From the NCBI RefSeq assembly GCF_001447785.1, contig NW_015167655.1:13602-77601 (forward strand): DNA of 64,000 nucleotides, in the 5' to 3' direction. Under the pieces are notes generated by a model. That model did no database searches. It was not told the origin of the DNA and saw only the letters and a program-made list of their open reading frames with translations. Source of the DNA: Gekko japonicus (taxonomy: Eukaryota). Every line of letters begins with the position of its first letter. The first letter of the stretch is position 1. This document shows, piece after piece, positions 23,401 through 35,812 of this stretch. A program made the translations under genes and the position numbers.

Positions 23401-26400
23401 GTAATCATCTGGGCGGGATGTGCGCGCGCGTCTGTTTGTGCATGCAGGTGTGTTTGTTACACTAAGATATATAGCTCTGTGCATGGTAATCTGAATGACC
23501 ACAACAAGGACTGTTGCATTCTGCAACCTTCTTATATTATAGTCTACTTAAGCGAATGTCCATGATTTTTTCATCTTTGGCATCATTCTGCAGTGTCCTG
23601 AGGAGAGCTGTTCAAAGTACCCGGATCTTCCCCCTCTGCAACAGATCTTATCCAGAAACCCCTGTGGCTTTAGAGATCTCAGCAGGAAAAAGCAGGAATT
23701 TGCTGCACTTTTACATACATCAGACAGTGTGGTGTAGTGGTTAGGATCTGGGGGGGGGACATCAGTGCAACTCCCCATCCTGACATGAGGCTTGCAGTAG
23801 AACTTTGGGCCGGTTGTTCTCCCTCAGCCTGACCCACATTGCAGGATTGGTGGGGAAGGGGGAACCGTGTACACCACACAGAGCTCCTTGAAGGGAGAGT
23901 AGGATTAAAAGCGCAGGTTTGGAGGCTCTGAAGGATTTCTGCTACTGGAAGAGATTTCCGTCCATGGCGTGGGATTTCATTCCCTCTTCAGCCCGAAATG
24001 CTGCTCCTGGTGGACAGGGGACCCCCAGGGACAGCTGCGGCGGGGTGGGGGGGGTGAGGTGGATGTCCACAGTCCGAGGTGGGAATCAGCAAAAATGCCC
24101 CCCCCCCCCGAAATCCTGTGTGGGATTCAACCTAATCAGTGTGAGAGCATCTGCTTCGCATGCTTAAGGTCCTGGGTTCAATTGTCAGCATCTCAAGGCT
24201 AGGGAAGACCTCTGCATAATATTTGGGAGAGCTGCTGTCAGGCAAAGCAGACACTACAAAGCTCAGTGTAGAAGTGGAGCTGACTTGGTAGAAGGCAATT
24301 TCACTTGCTCGGGAATTGTGTGTACGACATTGCCAGAGGGAACGATACTAAACTAGATGAACCAACGGCCTGGCTCTGTAGGCGGCTTCTGTCTGACTCT
24401 GAAATGGTTGCATCCCTGGAGGTTGCAGGGAGGGGTCGTGGCTCACTGGCAGAGCATCTGCTTTGCACGCAGAAGGCCTCAGGTTCAGTCCCTGGCGTCT
24501 CCAGTTAAAATAGACCCAGGCAGTAGGTGATGTGGACGACCTCTGCTTGAGACCTTGGAGAGCCACTGCCAGTCTGACTAGACAGTGCTGACTTTGATGG
24601 ACTGATGGTCTCATTCACCCAAAGAGTAATTAACATGTGAAACTCACTGCCGCAGGAGGTGGTGGTGTGGCTACAAGCATAGGGGATTGGATAAATGTAT
24701 GAAACAGGGGTGTAGTGGTTAAGTGTGCGGACTCTAATCTGGGAGAACTGGGTTTGATTCCCCCATTCCTCCACTTGCACCTGCTGNNNNNNNNNNNNNN
24801 NNNNNNNNNNNNNNNNNNNNNNNNNNNNNNNNNNNNNNNNNNNNNNNNNNNNNNNNNNNNNNNNNNNNNNNNNNNNNNNNNNNNNNNNNNNNNNNNNNNN
24901 NNNNNNNNNNNNNNNNNNNNNNNNNNNNNNNNNNNNNNNNNNNNNNNNNNNNNNNNNNNNNNNNNNNNNNNNNNNNNNNNNNNNNNNNNNNNNNNNNNNN
25001 NNNNNNNNNNNNNNNNNNNNNNNNNNNNNNNNNNNNNNNNNNNNNNNNNNNNNNNNNNNNNNNNNNNNNNNNNNNNNNNNNNNNNNNNNNNNNNNNNNNN
25101 NNNNNNNNNNNNNNNNNNNNNNNNNNNNNNNNNNNNNNNNNNNNNNNNNNNNNNNNNNNNNNNNNNNNNNNNNNNNNNNNNNNNNNNNNNNNNNNNNNNN
25201 NNNNNNNNNNNNNNNNNNNNNNNNNNNNNNNNNNNNNNNNNNNNNNNNNNNNNNNNNNNNNNNNNNNNNNNNNNNNNNNNNNNNNNNNNNNNNNNNNNNN
25301 NNNNNNNNNNNNNNNNNNNNNNNNNNNNNNNNNNNNNNNNNNNNNNNNNNNNNNNNNNNNNNNNNNNATTGTCTACTCAGACTGGCAGCAGCTCTCCAGG
25401 ACCTCAGGCAGAAGTTTTCCCCATCACCTACTGCCTGGTTCTTTTTAACTGGAGATGGCAGGGATTGAACCTGGGACTTTCTGCATGCAAAGCAGAGTCC
25501 CTTCCACTGAGCCACAGCCCCTCCATCAGTGGCTATTACCCACAACGTATAGACAGAACACTGTGTATGAGGCAATGATGCTCTGTATTCTTGGTGTTTG
25601 GGGGGCAACAGTGGGAGGGCTTCTGGAGTTCTGGCCCCACTGGTGGCCCCTGGATTTTGACAGCTGTGTGACACAGAGTGTTGGACTGGGGGGGCCACTG
25701 GCCTGATTCAGCACAGCTTCTCTGACACCCTTATGATTCAGTACACGGCAGCTTTGTGTGTGTTCACGTGAGGTTGTCCCATTGCCCCAAACACAGGATC
25801 CTGGAACTCTCTATTAAACGGCCCCGCAAAGGCACTAATGACTGCCCTTAGGGCCCATTTCAAATATCTTCCGTGCTTTCTGGACGTTATCTTGGAAAAG
25901 GGAGATTATTCTGTAAAAGGGCAGGCTTGGGGCAGGGGTTCTGGGAGAGCCCAGGGGGGTGCCAAGTGGCCCTGTGACCCACTCCTCCTCTGCCTGCCCA
26001 GGATGATGGAGCTGATCTCTCAGAAGCAGCGGGAGCGAGAGGAGCGGGAGAAACGGGAGAGCATCGAGCGGGAGAAGCAGCGCCGGAAGCAGGGCCAGGA
26101 GCTCTCCCTCATCCGCCAGAAGCTGCAGGAGGACGAGATGAAGAAGCTGGCGGAGGACAGGCGCAAGGAGAAGATGGAGGAGAAGCTGGCCAAGTGAGAG
26201 CCCTGCGGGGAGGGGGAGGGAACGGCTTAGCCCCCGAGGCGGGGAGGCCGCGTCTACGGGCTGGACGGCAGGAAGCCCAGCTGTGGGTTTAGGCAAAGGA
26301 ATGGGCCGCCGGGGCTCAGGGGAAGAGCAACTGCTTTGCATGCAGAAAGTCCCAGGTTCGGTCCCTGGCGTCTCCGGTGGAAAAGGATCAGGTCATGGGT

Positions 26401-29124
26401 GATGTGAAAGACCTGAGGCCTTGGAGGGCGACTGTTGGTCTGAGTAGGCAGACCTCCTGGCTGTGATGGACCACGTCTGATTCAGCACAAGGCAGCCTCG
26501 TGTCTGTTTCACGTGACGCATTTATGTGGCGAAGGTATTCCCCCCGTTCAGTCTCTGGTATCTCCTGAGAGAAAGATGTCACCACAAAGCAGGACTCACT
26601 GGACCTAACCAGGCTACATCGGCCAAGGGCATAAGGCACCTTCCTGTGTTGCTGCTGGGCAGGAGTTGTCACTTAGTGAAGAGGCACCTGCTTCGCATGC
26701 TGAAGTTAGAGAACAACTTGGACTAAAGCCCGGGAGGGGAAACTCTCCTCTTCCCCTCCTTCTTCCTCCAGAAAGCACCTGCTGGTCTGTGGCTTGCTAG
26801 ACAAAAGCTAGAGTTACGTTCCTAAGCGATCCAGGGCTTGGGGGAGCGAGGGGCTGTCTGGACCAAGGAAGAGAGTGAACGGATTTCTCGCTGTACGTAA
26901 CTCGTCTGCCGACTTAGACCATCCCGAGCCTGCATTTGGAAATGCTGGGTGACCCAACATAATTTCAGTTAATGAGACATTTCTAGTTAACTCTTAGGGG
27001 GTAGGCATGTGGGTGAGGGGAAGGGTAACGGGTGTACTGCGGAGGAAGAGAAGGGAATAGGGCTTTGGGGAGGGGTGTATTGAAGAAGGAGAGAATGTTG
27101 TGACTGGAGGAGCACGGGAGGAAAGACGGCCTGCCTCTCTCCAGGATACTGGACACCTTCCCTGGGCCTTCTGTGTTGGGCGCTGCCGTCTTGGAAGAGG
27201 TTTAGAAGCCACTGAAAAGGCTGATCTCAGTATATGGGAGACTTTGAAATCTAGAGAGACTTGCGTGTCTGGAGGAGGAGGACGGACGGAGAAAAGGAAA
27301 TGCTACTTTATACAGAGACTGATTAAATGTGGAATTGGCTGCCAGAGGATATAGTGATGGCCACAGGAATAAACAGCTTTAAAAGGGGATTAGATAGATC
27401 CACGGAGGATGAGTCTATTAGCGGCTACTAGCCATGCTGACTGTGAGGAACCTCCACTTTCAGAGGCACTAAGCCTCTGAATCCCAGAGCCAGGGGGCAA
27501 CAAAAGGGGCCTCTCTCTGCCCTGTTGTTGGCCCTCCAGAGGAGCTGGTTGAGGCCACTGTGGGAGACAGGATGCTGAGCTAGATGGACCACTGGTCTGA
27601 TCCAGCAGGGCTCTTCTTGTATTCCAGAGACTGAGCCTGACGGGGTAGCGTACTTGTTTTTACAACTGCCTCCATTAAATCTGCTCTTTTTGTCCCCAGG
27701 CAGCGTGTGCGAGAGAAGATTGAACGTGACAAGGCTGAGAGAGCCAAGAAGGTGGGTGTGCGTAGGAAGGGGGTGTTTCTGCTGTTGTTCCTCAGTGAGA
27801 GGGGGAGATCAGAGTCTCTGTGGCTGTGTGGGTCACGCAGTGTGAGACACAACAGGGTTGGATTCAAAGGTTGTTTCCCACTAGTGGGAGGAAGGGCAGG
27901 TGTCGCTGATTCCCCCCCCATGCTGTTCCTGAGCATCCCTTGTCCCCAAGGCACAGCATGCCAGGAACCAGCCAACCCTCCTGCCTTGCAGGTGTGAGTT
28001 ACACCAATGGAAGATAGTTTCAGGTTGAGTAGCCATGTCGGTCTGCAGCGGAAGAGCCAGATTCGAGTCCTGTCGCTCCTTAAGAGACCAACAAGATTTC
28101 CTGAGAGTATCTGATGAAGGGAGCTTAGATTCTCAAAAGCTTCTACCCTGGAAATCTTCTTGGTCTGTAAGGTGCTCGAGTCTCACTTTTCCACTGAAAA
28201 TGACATTTGGATTCAGCATCCAGCCTGCCATTCCCAAAGAGCAGCCAAGGCACTTGCCTGCAAGTAGACCTACTGCCGGAGAAGTGTACTGCAGCCTCCC
28301 ATGTCAAGTGTTGGGTGACAACTTTCCTTTATCTAGAAGATGGACCGATTTGTACGTTAATCCCCCCGCCCCCGAGAGTCTCTTCCACACCCTTCTGGTA
28401 ACTTGTCATCATGCAAAAACAGAACAACCCAAGAAGACACTTCTGCGGCCCAAAGCAGCCTTGCGCAGGGGTTGCCCCTCAGCAGCTCTTTCAGGTGCTC
28501 TGTGAGATCGTTTACTAATGCAGTGGAGACCTGAAATCCAGTGTCATGACAGAACTTGGCTTCAGTACCTTCGGTGGAACTGGGCAGTTCTCAACCAGCC
28601 GATCCATGCTGCTGAATTGTCCTCCTGAGGTCCACTGTGGTCTCTAGTGCCCGGCAGTGATGGCAGGGATCACAGGGATCTGTTCGAATCCTCAGAGGAG
28701 GAAGGATCCACAGAGCCCTGGTGTAGGGGTGGGGAAGAGAGGGGTAGGTGGAGTGGCACCTCCTAGCTGGTGGTGATGCAGAGGTAGGGAAGGCCTCTTC
28801 AGGAAGTTCGCAGTTGTCCCATCTATCACCGCCTTCATCACCTTTTTAGACGGGGCCAGGTTTCCCCTTCAGACAGAGAATGGTGAAGATAGCAGCCAGG
28901 AAGCCCTCGCTAATTGTGGGCAGCTAAAACTGTCCCCCTGCCCTGGGTGATCCAGGCTAGTCCGGTCTTGTCAGATCTCAGAAGCTAAGCAGGGTCGGCC
29001 CTGGTTAGTATTTGGATGGGAGACCAGCAAGGAAGTCCAGGGTCTCTATGCAGAGGCAGGCCATGGCAAACCACCTCTTGCCTTGAAAACCCTATGTCAG
29101 CAGCAACTTGACAACACTTCTCTC

Positions 29125-29164
<40 letters not shown>

Positions 29165-32100
29165 GAAATTGCAAGCGGGAACTCTTCTTTTAACTTTGGT
29201 TGTTTCCCTTAACTTCAAGGGAGGTGCCCCTGTCTGAGCTCAACGTGGTATCGTCTAAAAAAAAAAAGCTTTATAATCCCTTCTGAAAATCACAGCTGGA
29301 GGCCATGCTGTATCCTTGGGAAAGCGCTAGCCCTCCTAGTGGCAGATGCCCTTAGCTCAGGCACTCAACATGCTTGACTCTGGGCCCTAGATTTCACTGG
29401 AAAAAGGGGGCTCCTTCACGGAGTCCTAAATAGACTCATTGACGCTCTGGAAATAACATTGCAAGGAACAGCAGCTTGGGTTGCTTATGCTATCAAGCCC
29501 GGCCTAACAGAACGAATTCAGACCGTTGGTCGCTGATGGCTCCGTGGCTGGATCTGCTGTGCACAGAGCAATGAAAGGGAAACTCTCTGGTCAGGTGGGA
29601 TAGTGTACGGCAGCTTGAATCATTTCCTCTTTTCTCCTTTCTCCAGTTCGGTGGCTGCAGCAGCTCTTCCCAGGCATCCACCCCGCCCGAGCCAATCGCC
29701 CCCGCACCGGTTCCCTCCTCACCTAGCCAGGAGCCCCCTGTCAAGCGAGAGTACGACCAGTGCAGGATACAGGTAATGGGCCAGGGGTGGCCGGGCGGGC
29801 GGGAGGGGAAGGCCTGGAGACTGTGTGACACTCTGCGCGTGCTCTGCTTTTTGGCCAAGGTAGGCTCCCAGAGTCGCTTGCAACCAATGCTAGCCTCACA
29901 AAACAGCTGCGGTAACTGACTTGTACTGAGAGCAGTAAACCAAAGACGATCGTACAGACAGAAGAAGCGAGAGCAGCAAAAGAGGAACTTTGGAGATGGA
30001 ATTGGCTCCAGGCCACCTTGTGGTTAGCGGCATTGTAAGCTCTCACTTCGGTTCTCCTGGTATTTCAGTTGCTGCTGCTGCTGCTTCAGTTAATTTCTGA
30101 GGACCACAGAAGCCGCAAGGGGAAGCGAACACAGGTGCTCGGGCACTACACACAGACCTGATTATGCTGGCTGTCGGGTGGACAAGGGGGATCCAATAGA
30201 TATTGTTTACCTTGACTTCCAGAAAGCTTTTGATAAAGTTCCTCATCAAAGGCTCCTAAGTAAGCTCAAAAATCATGGATCAAAAACTGGCTAATTAATA
30301 GAAAATAGAGAGTGAGTATAAATGGGCAGTTCTCTCAGTGGAGGGGGGTAAGCAGTGGGGTACCGCAGGGATCAGTACTTAGTGTACGGCAGCTTGAATC
30401 ATTTCCTCTTTTCTCCTTTCTCCAGTTCGGTGGCTGCAGCAGCTCTTCCCAGGCATCCACCCCGCCCGAGCCAATCGCCCCCGCACCGGTTCCCTCCTCA
30501 CCTAGCCAGGAGCCCCCTGTCAAGCGAGAGTACGACCAGTGCAGGATACAGGTAATGGGCCAGGGGTGGCCGGGCGGGCGGGAGGGGAAGGCCTCGTGAC
30601 TTTTCTGGCGGAAGATGGGCTCTGCTCAAGACAAATGCTCTTGTCGAGGTGACTCTGGAGAGGCGAGGCTTTGCTGTTCGCCAGCCTCCCCCTGGTTGAA
30701 AATGTTTATTTTAGCTGTGTGTGACACTCTGCGCGTGCTCTGCTTTTTGGCCAAGGTAGGCTCCCAGAGTCGCTTGCAACCAATGCTAGCCTCACAAAAC
30801 AGCTGCGGTAACTGACTTGTACTGAGAGCAGTAAACCAAAGACGATCGTACAGACAGAAGAAGCGAGAGCAGCAAAAGAGGAACTTTGGAGATGGAATTG
30901 GCTCCAGGCCACCTTGTGGTTAGTGGCATTGTAAGCTCTCACTTCGGTTCTCCTGGTATTTCAGTTGCTGCTGCTTCTGCTGCAGTTAATTTCCGAGGAC
31001 CACAGCAGCCGCAAGGGGAAGCGCACACAGGTGCTCTGGCACCACACACAGACCTGATTATGCTGGCCGTCGGGTGGAGCTTCTCTTGCCTGGGCTGAGA
31101 CCAAACTGGAAGGGCCATGGCTCAGTAGAAGAATCACAGAGTTGGGAGGGGCCATATAGGCCATCTACATCAACCCCCTGTTCCCAAGTCCCTCAGCCTT
31201 TCATCGTAGGGCTGGGTCTCCAGACCCCTGATCATCCTCGTTGCTCTCTTCTGCACCCGCTTCATTCTATCCACATCCTTTTTTTGAAGTGAGGCCTCTG
31301 GAACTGCACACAGTACTCCAGGTGTGGCCTGACCAATGTGGTGTACAATGGAACTATGACATCTGGCGATTTAGACACTATGTCTTTGTTGATACAAGCC
31401 AAGATCACATTAGCCTTTTTTGCCGCTGCATCACACTGATTGCTCATATTTAGCTTACAGTCCACCCGTACCCCAAGATCTTGTTCACACACACTGGCAC
31501 TCAAATGTGTATCCCACACCCAGTATGCGTGCTTCTCATTTCTGTTACCCAAGAGCACCTGTTCTGCCTTCAGAAGGTCCTGGGCTCAGTCCCGAGCACT
31601 TCCAGTTCAAAGGGTCCCAGATGTCAAAGCCACTTGCTTGTCAAAGGAGACCATGCTGAGCTGAACGGACCGGCGGTCTGACTTGGTGCATGACTGCTTT
31701 GCCCCAGGCCTCTTGCTGTTCCAAGCAGCCCCCGGGAGCAATCCCAGTCATCAAGGGCCAGTGTAAGCCCTGGTGCCGACCTCTCCCGCGCCATGAGTGC
31801 TTTAGGTAGCCTTAAGGGCAGACCACTTCTGGCTTCAGACCTTCCGACTGCAGCCATGTGGAGAGGAGGATACGGATCCACCTGGCAGGATGTACCTTCG
31901 GGACTGTCTCCTACAATAAGTCCCCAGGAGAACCCTGAGATCAGCAGATAATAACCTGCTGGTGATCCCTGGCCCTAGAGGGCTTTCTTGGCTCTGGCCA
32001 TGACCTGGTGGGACTCTCTGCCAAATAAAATCAGGGCCCTGCGGGATCTGATGCAGTTCCACAGGGCCTGCAAGGCAGCGATGTTCCACCAGGCTTTCAG

Positions 32101-35100
32101 CTGAGGACAGCAATGGGAGGTTGAGACCGGCACCCTCTCTTTCTCTTCTGTGGCCCCCATGTACTCCCCCCTGCCCTGCCGTGCAGGACAGCGGTGTGGC
32201 CGACAGAAGAGAAACTGTAATTGCCATTTCGATGGGTTGCATTTTTTGTCTTATTGATGGTTTTCTGTGTCCACTTTTAACTATAAATTGTAATTTTTAA
32301 TGTTTTATCATGACTGAATCACCCAAAGACTTTCCTGCCTCCCCCCCTCCCACTTCTGCCCACTGATCTCCACACAGTGCTGCTCCTGGAGGACACGGGA
32401 TGCTGAGGAATGATACCCGAAAAAGGGGTGTCTGTGCAGGGAAGGGGGAATTGGCGGCAGTTGCCAGTTTAGTCTGGGTCCAGCCCAAGCTCTTCTGCAA
32501 AACCCCGGCTTGGTGTGTGCCCCCCCACCCCGGTGGATGTTTGCTGGCTTAAGACATGACCTCTTTTGCAGTGGCCCCTGCCTTTCCCTCTCCAAGGCTG
32601 GTTGCCGGACACACTTGGAGTTTACAGTTTGAGGTACCAGATCAAAGCTTCTTTGGTTACTTAGGCGTCAGGTGGATTGGAGGAACTGTTTCTCCCTTCC
32701 CTCCCTCCTGATTTATCCCTTTCAGTTCTGCACCAGTGACAGTATTGGTGCCCTGTTAGTTTGGCTGAACGTTCTATTGGTGTCATTAGCAGAGGCCTTT
32801 CTGCTGCTGTCGCATTGATTTATGTTTCCGCATCATTCTCGGAAGCAGCATTGAGAGCTGTCCGAGTATAAATTTTGAAGAGAAGATTACTCTTATTGCC
32901 CTAGCAAAATCTTTCAGGTGCCAAAGGGGAGCCTGGGCAAAATAAATGCCTGGACGCTTCTCCTCGAATCCCTTTTACCAGATATTTTGACCTCTCCACA
33001 CCTTTCATCTTGTTCTATTTTACATTCACTTCAGTTTTACCATAGAGTTTACCATAGAGTTTCTGGCACATGAAGCTGCCTTGTACCGAATCAGACCACC
33101 AGTCCATCAAAGTCAGTACTGTCTACTCAGACTGGCAGCAACTCTCCAGGGTCTCAGGCGGAGGACTTTCACACATTACCTGCTGCCAGATTTTTTTTCA
33201 CTGAAGATCCTGGGGATTGAACCTGGGACCTTCTGCATGCCAAGCAGATGCTCCCTGCTTTACTGCAGAGCTGGTGGCAGAAGCCTTGCGCTGATGACCT
33301 GTCCGCATATTGATTCAGTGCGCGAGGAGGGAGACCAAGCATGAGCCTCTCCCTCCACCTCCGTGCCGTTGCCTCATCTGCATGGCGCACATGTGCAGAG
33401 CAGATAGGCCTGCACACACTCCCCTCCCCATGATCGGCAACATTTGGAAAGCGGGCGTCACCGATCACAGGGAGGGACATACGCACAGGCACTCCTTCCG
33501 CACATTTGCACCATGCAGACAGTCGGCCAGTTGCATGGAGTTGGGGCCAGCATCTCTGTTAAGAGAGCTGCGGTGGTTTTTGTAGGTGCTGAAGGCCCTC
33601 CCCCCTTTCCCTCTGGCACACCAAGCCTCCTCAGTCGGCCCGGCCCCTCTTCTTTGACAGGTGAGGCTGCTGGACGGGACGTCGCTCACGCAGACCTTCA
33701 GAGCCAAAGAGCAGCTGGCGGCCGTCCGGCTCTACGTGGAGCTGAAAAAGGACGGTGGCGAGGAGCCCTTCATCCTCCTCACGAGCTTCCCTCGGCGCGT
33801 CTTCACCGAGGAAGACATGGAGAAGCCCTTGCAGGAGCTGGGTGAGTTGGGGACAGCTGGGGGGTGGCTTACAGGGGGGCGGAGGGGGCGGTTCCCCTCT
33901 CCCACTGCCCCAGGTGGGACTTGGGCCTCAGTAGGGCTTGACTAGAGCGAGAGGCTCAGCTTCTCCCTAGTGGCAGCCCTGCCTGCTGTAACTGCGCGTT
34001 AGAAGTCTGGCCCTCCCCCCTCGAGTTCTCCCTTTCGCGTATCCCGACTGTGGGATTCTTCCCTGCTCTAAACCACCCGGACTCATTTCCCCACGGCCTT
34101 TTCTCTGCATCCCAGCAGACTGCGGATCCCCTCCAGGAAAAGGGGGCTTGTTTCTCCCTGTTTTGTAGAGTAAATACGAGAGGTGGATGGACTACAGAAA
34201 TTCTTCAGTTTCCAGTGGCTCTGCCATGTTTGATACTTGCTATGAAAATTGGTGGGGTTGGGGATAGGGATGTGCATTCGGCTTTCCCAAACGAAAAAAA
34301 ATACCGAATAAATACCTGCTGTGGCCGGGGGGGGGGGGGGGGGGCGGGGAAGCAGGGCAGGCATGGAAGCATGCCTGGGCTCCCTGCTTTCCCTTCTCTA
34401 GCTACCCTGGGTCAGCTGACTGGCGGAGAGTGAAATTGACAAAGAAAGCCAAACCGGCTTCCAGAAGGAAAGAAGGCATTTTTAAATGCCTCCCTTCCCT
34501 CCTGTCCGGTATATCAGACCTGAATATATATTTGGGAATACCGAATATTTCCCCAGTCCTGATACTTTACCGGTATTGGACTGGGGATATTCGGCATTTA
34601 CCAATATTTTTTTGGGTCTGATATACCCGAAGCCGAAAAATACCGATTATTATTTTTTTTGCACACTCCTAGTTGGGGAGGTTGCTTGAAGGCTGACATC
34701 TTTGTTATGTCTGAGTAGTGAGGCACAGATGTACGACACTTGACTTAGCTCTGGCAACTCCAGAAGCTGGATATGAGTCTCTTATTGAATTGGTGGAGCC
34801 CACAACCATAAGAGTTGGAAGGGGGCATCTAGGCCATACAGGAAATCCAAAGCTATCGCTTCCCTGGCAGACTGGTTGGCCCAGACTTTGCTTGAAGATA
34901 TCCAGCCCTCCCCACAAATATAATGTAAGGAGTAGCATGGTGTAGCGGTTAAATTGTCGGACTAGGTTCTGGGATATCCAGGGTCAAATCCCCACTCTAC
35001 CGTGGAAGCTTCGCTGGGTGGTTTAAATACACTCTTGGGGGTTTTGCACACATAGGGAAGTTACCCACTGAGTCAAGTTATTGCTGTCTAACCCTGTGAG

Positions 35101-35484
35101 CTCTGCCCTTCTAGAAAGCGGGGTAGCCCAGTTTCCGGAGGCGAATCCTAATCTTTGTCGCCTCTGTTTCTGTGTTTAACATCAGACTCTGTCGTGTCAC
35201 GTAACACAAAGTTGAGCGAATACCGACATAACCTGATTTTTGACATAAACTGCAGCTCACTGTGCGTCAGTGAAAACCAGCTGTTTGGCTGGAATCTGGG
35301 AACCCTAAGCTGCTGGCGTGGGTTCTGGATTCCATGTTGGTGAATGAATGACTAGTCTTTGTCGTTGTCCTCACCCCACTCCCAAGGTGTTCTCGCTAAG
35401 CTCTCCCTTCAACTTCTTCCTTTCCTCGCCGCAGGTCTGGTGCCTTCAGCTGTGCTGATCGTTGCCAAGAAAGGGAACAGCTGA
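20428..35484 (+). CDS. UBXN1: UBX domain-containing protein 1 (UBA - coiled coil - UBX; p97/VCP adaptor), spliced CDS, 303 aa
   Basis: Join 20428-20483, 20901-20954, 21040-21161, 23322-23400, 26002-26193, 27700-27751, 30426-30551 (or the identical 29647-29772), 33661-33841, 35435-35484 = 912 nt. All introns are GT-AG with matching phases. The protein [14 protein letters not shown]...[16 protein letters not shown] is collinear with recalled human UBXN1. Confidence 0.96.
20901..20954 (+). CDS. UBXN1: UBXN1 coding exon 2
   Basis: [18 protein letters not shown]; ctttcAG| ... TG|gtgagt. Confidence 0.95.
21040..21161 (+). CDS. UBXN1: UBXN1 coding exon 3
   Basis: [22 protein letters not shown]...; best phase-1 donor is CAG|gtcaga at 21161, with an alternative AAG|gtggaa at 21152. 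Confidence 0.85.
23322..23400 (+). CDS. UBXN1: UBXN1 coding exon 4
   Basis: [26 protein letters not shown]; ctccgtAG| ... AG|gtaatc. Confidence 0.9.
24432..24617 (+). mobile_element. Second tRNA-derived SINE family (Squam2-like); copies at ~5232-5437, 18850-19030, 25368-25522, 26310-26510, 33068-33252, 36400-36595, 61490-61690
   Basis: Family pattern: head like gctcagtggcagagcatctgctttgcatgcagaaggtcccaggttca (tRNA-like) and body like ctggagagctgctgccagtctgagtagacaatactga; individual copies carry substitutions. Confidence 0.8.
24787..25367. other. Assembly gap (N)
   Basis: N run. Confidence 1.
26002..26193 (+). CDS. UBXN1: UBXN1 coding exon 5 (coiled coil)
   Basis: [64 protein letters not shown]. 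Confidence 0.95.
27700..27751 (+). CDS. UBXN1: UBXN1 coding exon 6
   Basis: [17 protein letters not shown]; ccccAG| ... AAG|gtgggt. Confidence 0.95.
29647..29772 (+). CDS. UBXN1: UBXN1 coding exon 7, copy A (duplicated)
   Basis: [42 protein letters not shown]; 126 nt, identical to 30426-30551, both splice sites intact. Confidence 0.6.
30426..30551 (+). CDS. UBXN1: UBXN1 coding exon 7, copy B
   Basis: Same 42-aa exon; ctccAG| ... CAG|gtaatg. Confidence 0.8.
33661..33841 (+). CDS. UBXN1: UBXN1 coding exon 8 (UBX domain)
   Basis: [28 protein letters not shown]...[23 protein letters not shown], including the R...FPR p97-binding signature. Confidence 0.96.
34265..34671. mobile_element. DNA transposon remnant with subterminal TACCGA repeats
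   Basis: TIR tagggatgtgca / tgcacactccta and repeated ataccga/tcggc motifs near both ends. Confidence 0.55.
35435..35484 (+). CDS. UBXN1: UBXN1 last coding exon
   Basis: [16 protein letters not shown]; acceptor cctcgccgcAG. Confidence 0.94.
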
Positions 35485-35806
35485 AAAGGGACCCCCCCCT
35501 TTGCACGTCTCAACCTCGGTCTCAGCCCTCCTTCCTTTGCCGCTGCCGGAGGTGAACCTCTCCTTCCCTCGTGCTCCACCTCTGGGGGGCTACCTCACAG
35601 CCCCCCACCACCACCACCTTGGTTTTCCAACCGGCTCTGCCCGCAAAGACTCCAAGAGCAGCGCTATCATTCGGGCTGGGATTCAGAATCGACGACGCTT
35701 GGAGGCGGGAGGGGTGGGAGGGGGGGTTGGGGCCCCTCCCGGCCTCTTGGTGCGGAGGGGCAGCGTTGCAACTTGGCTGCCCTGGCGGGGGGGAGGACCA
35801 ACTATG

Positions 35807-35812
35807 AATAAA
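35807..35812 (+). terminator. UBXN1 polyadenylation signal
   Basis: AATAAA ~320 nt after the stop, followed by T-rich sequence. Confidence 0.7.

Noticed and set aside
25835-26341. 168-aa Leu-rich - strand ORF
   Set aside because: Antisense shadow of the UBXN1 coiled-coil exon.
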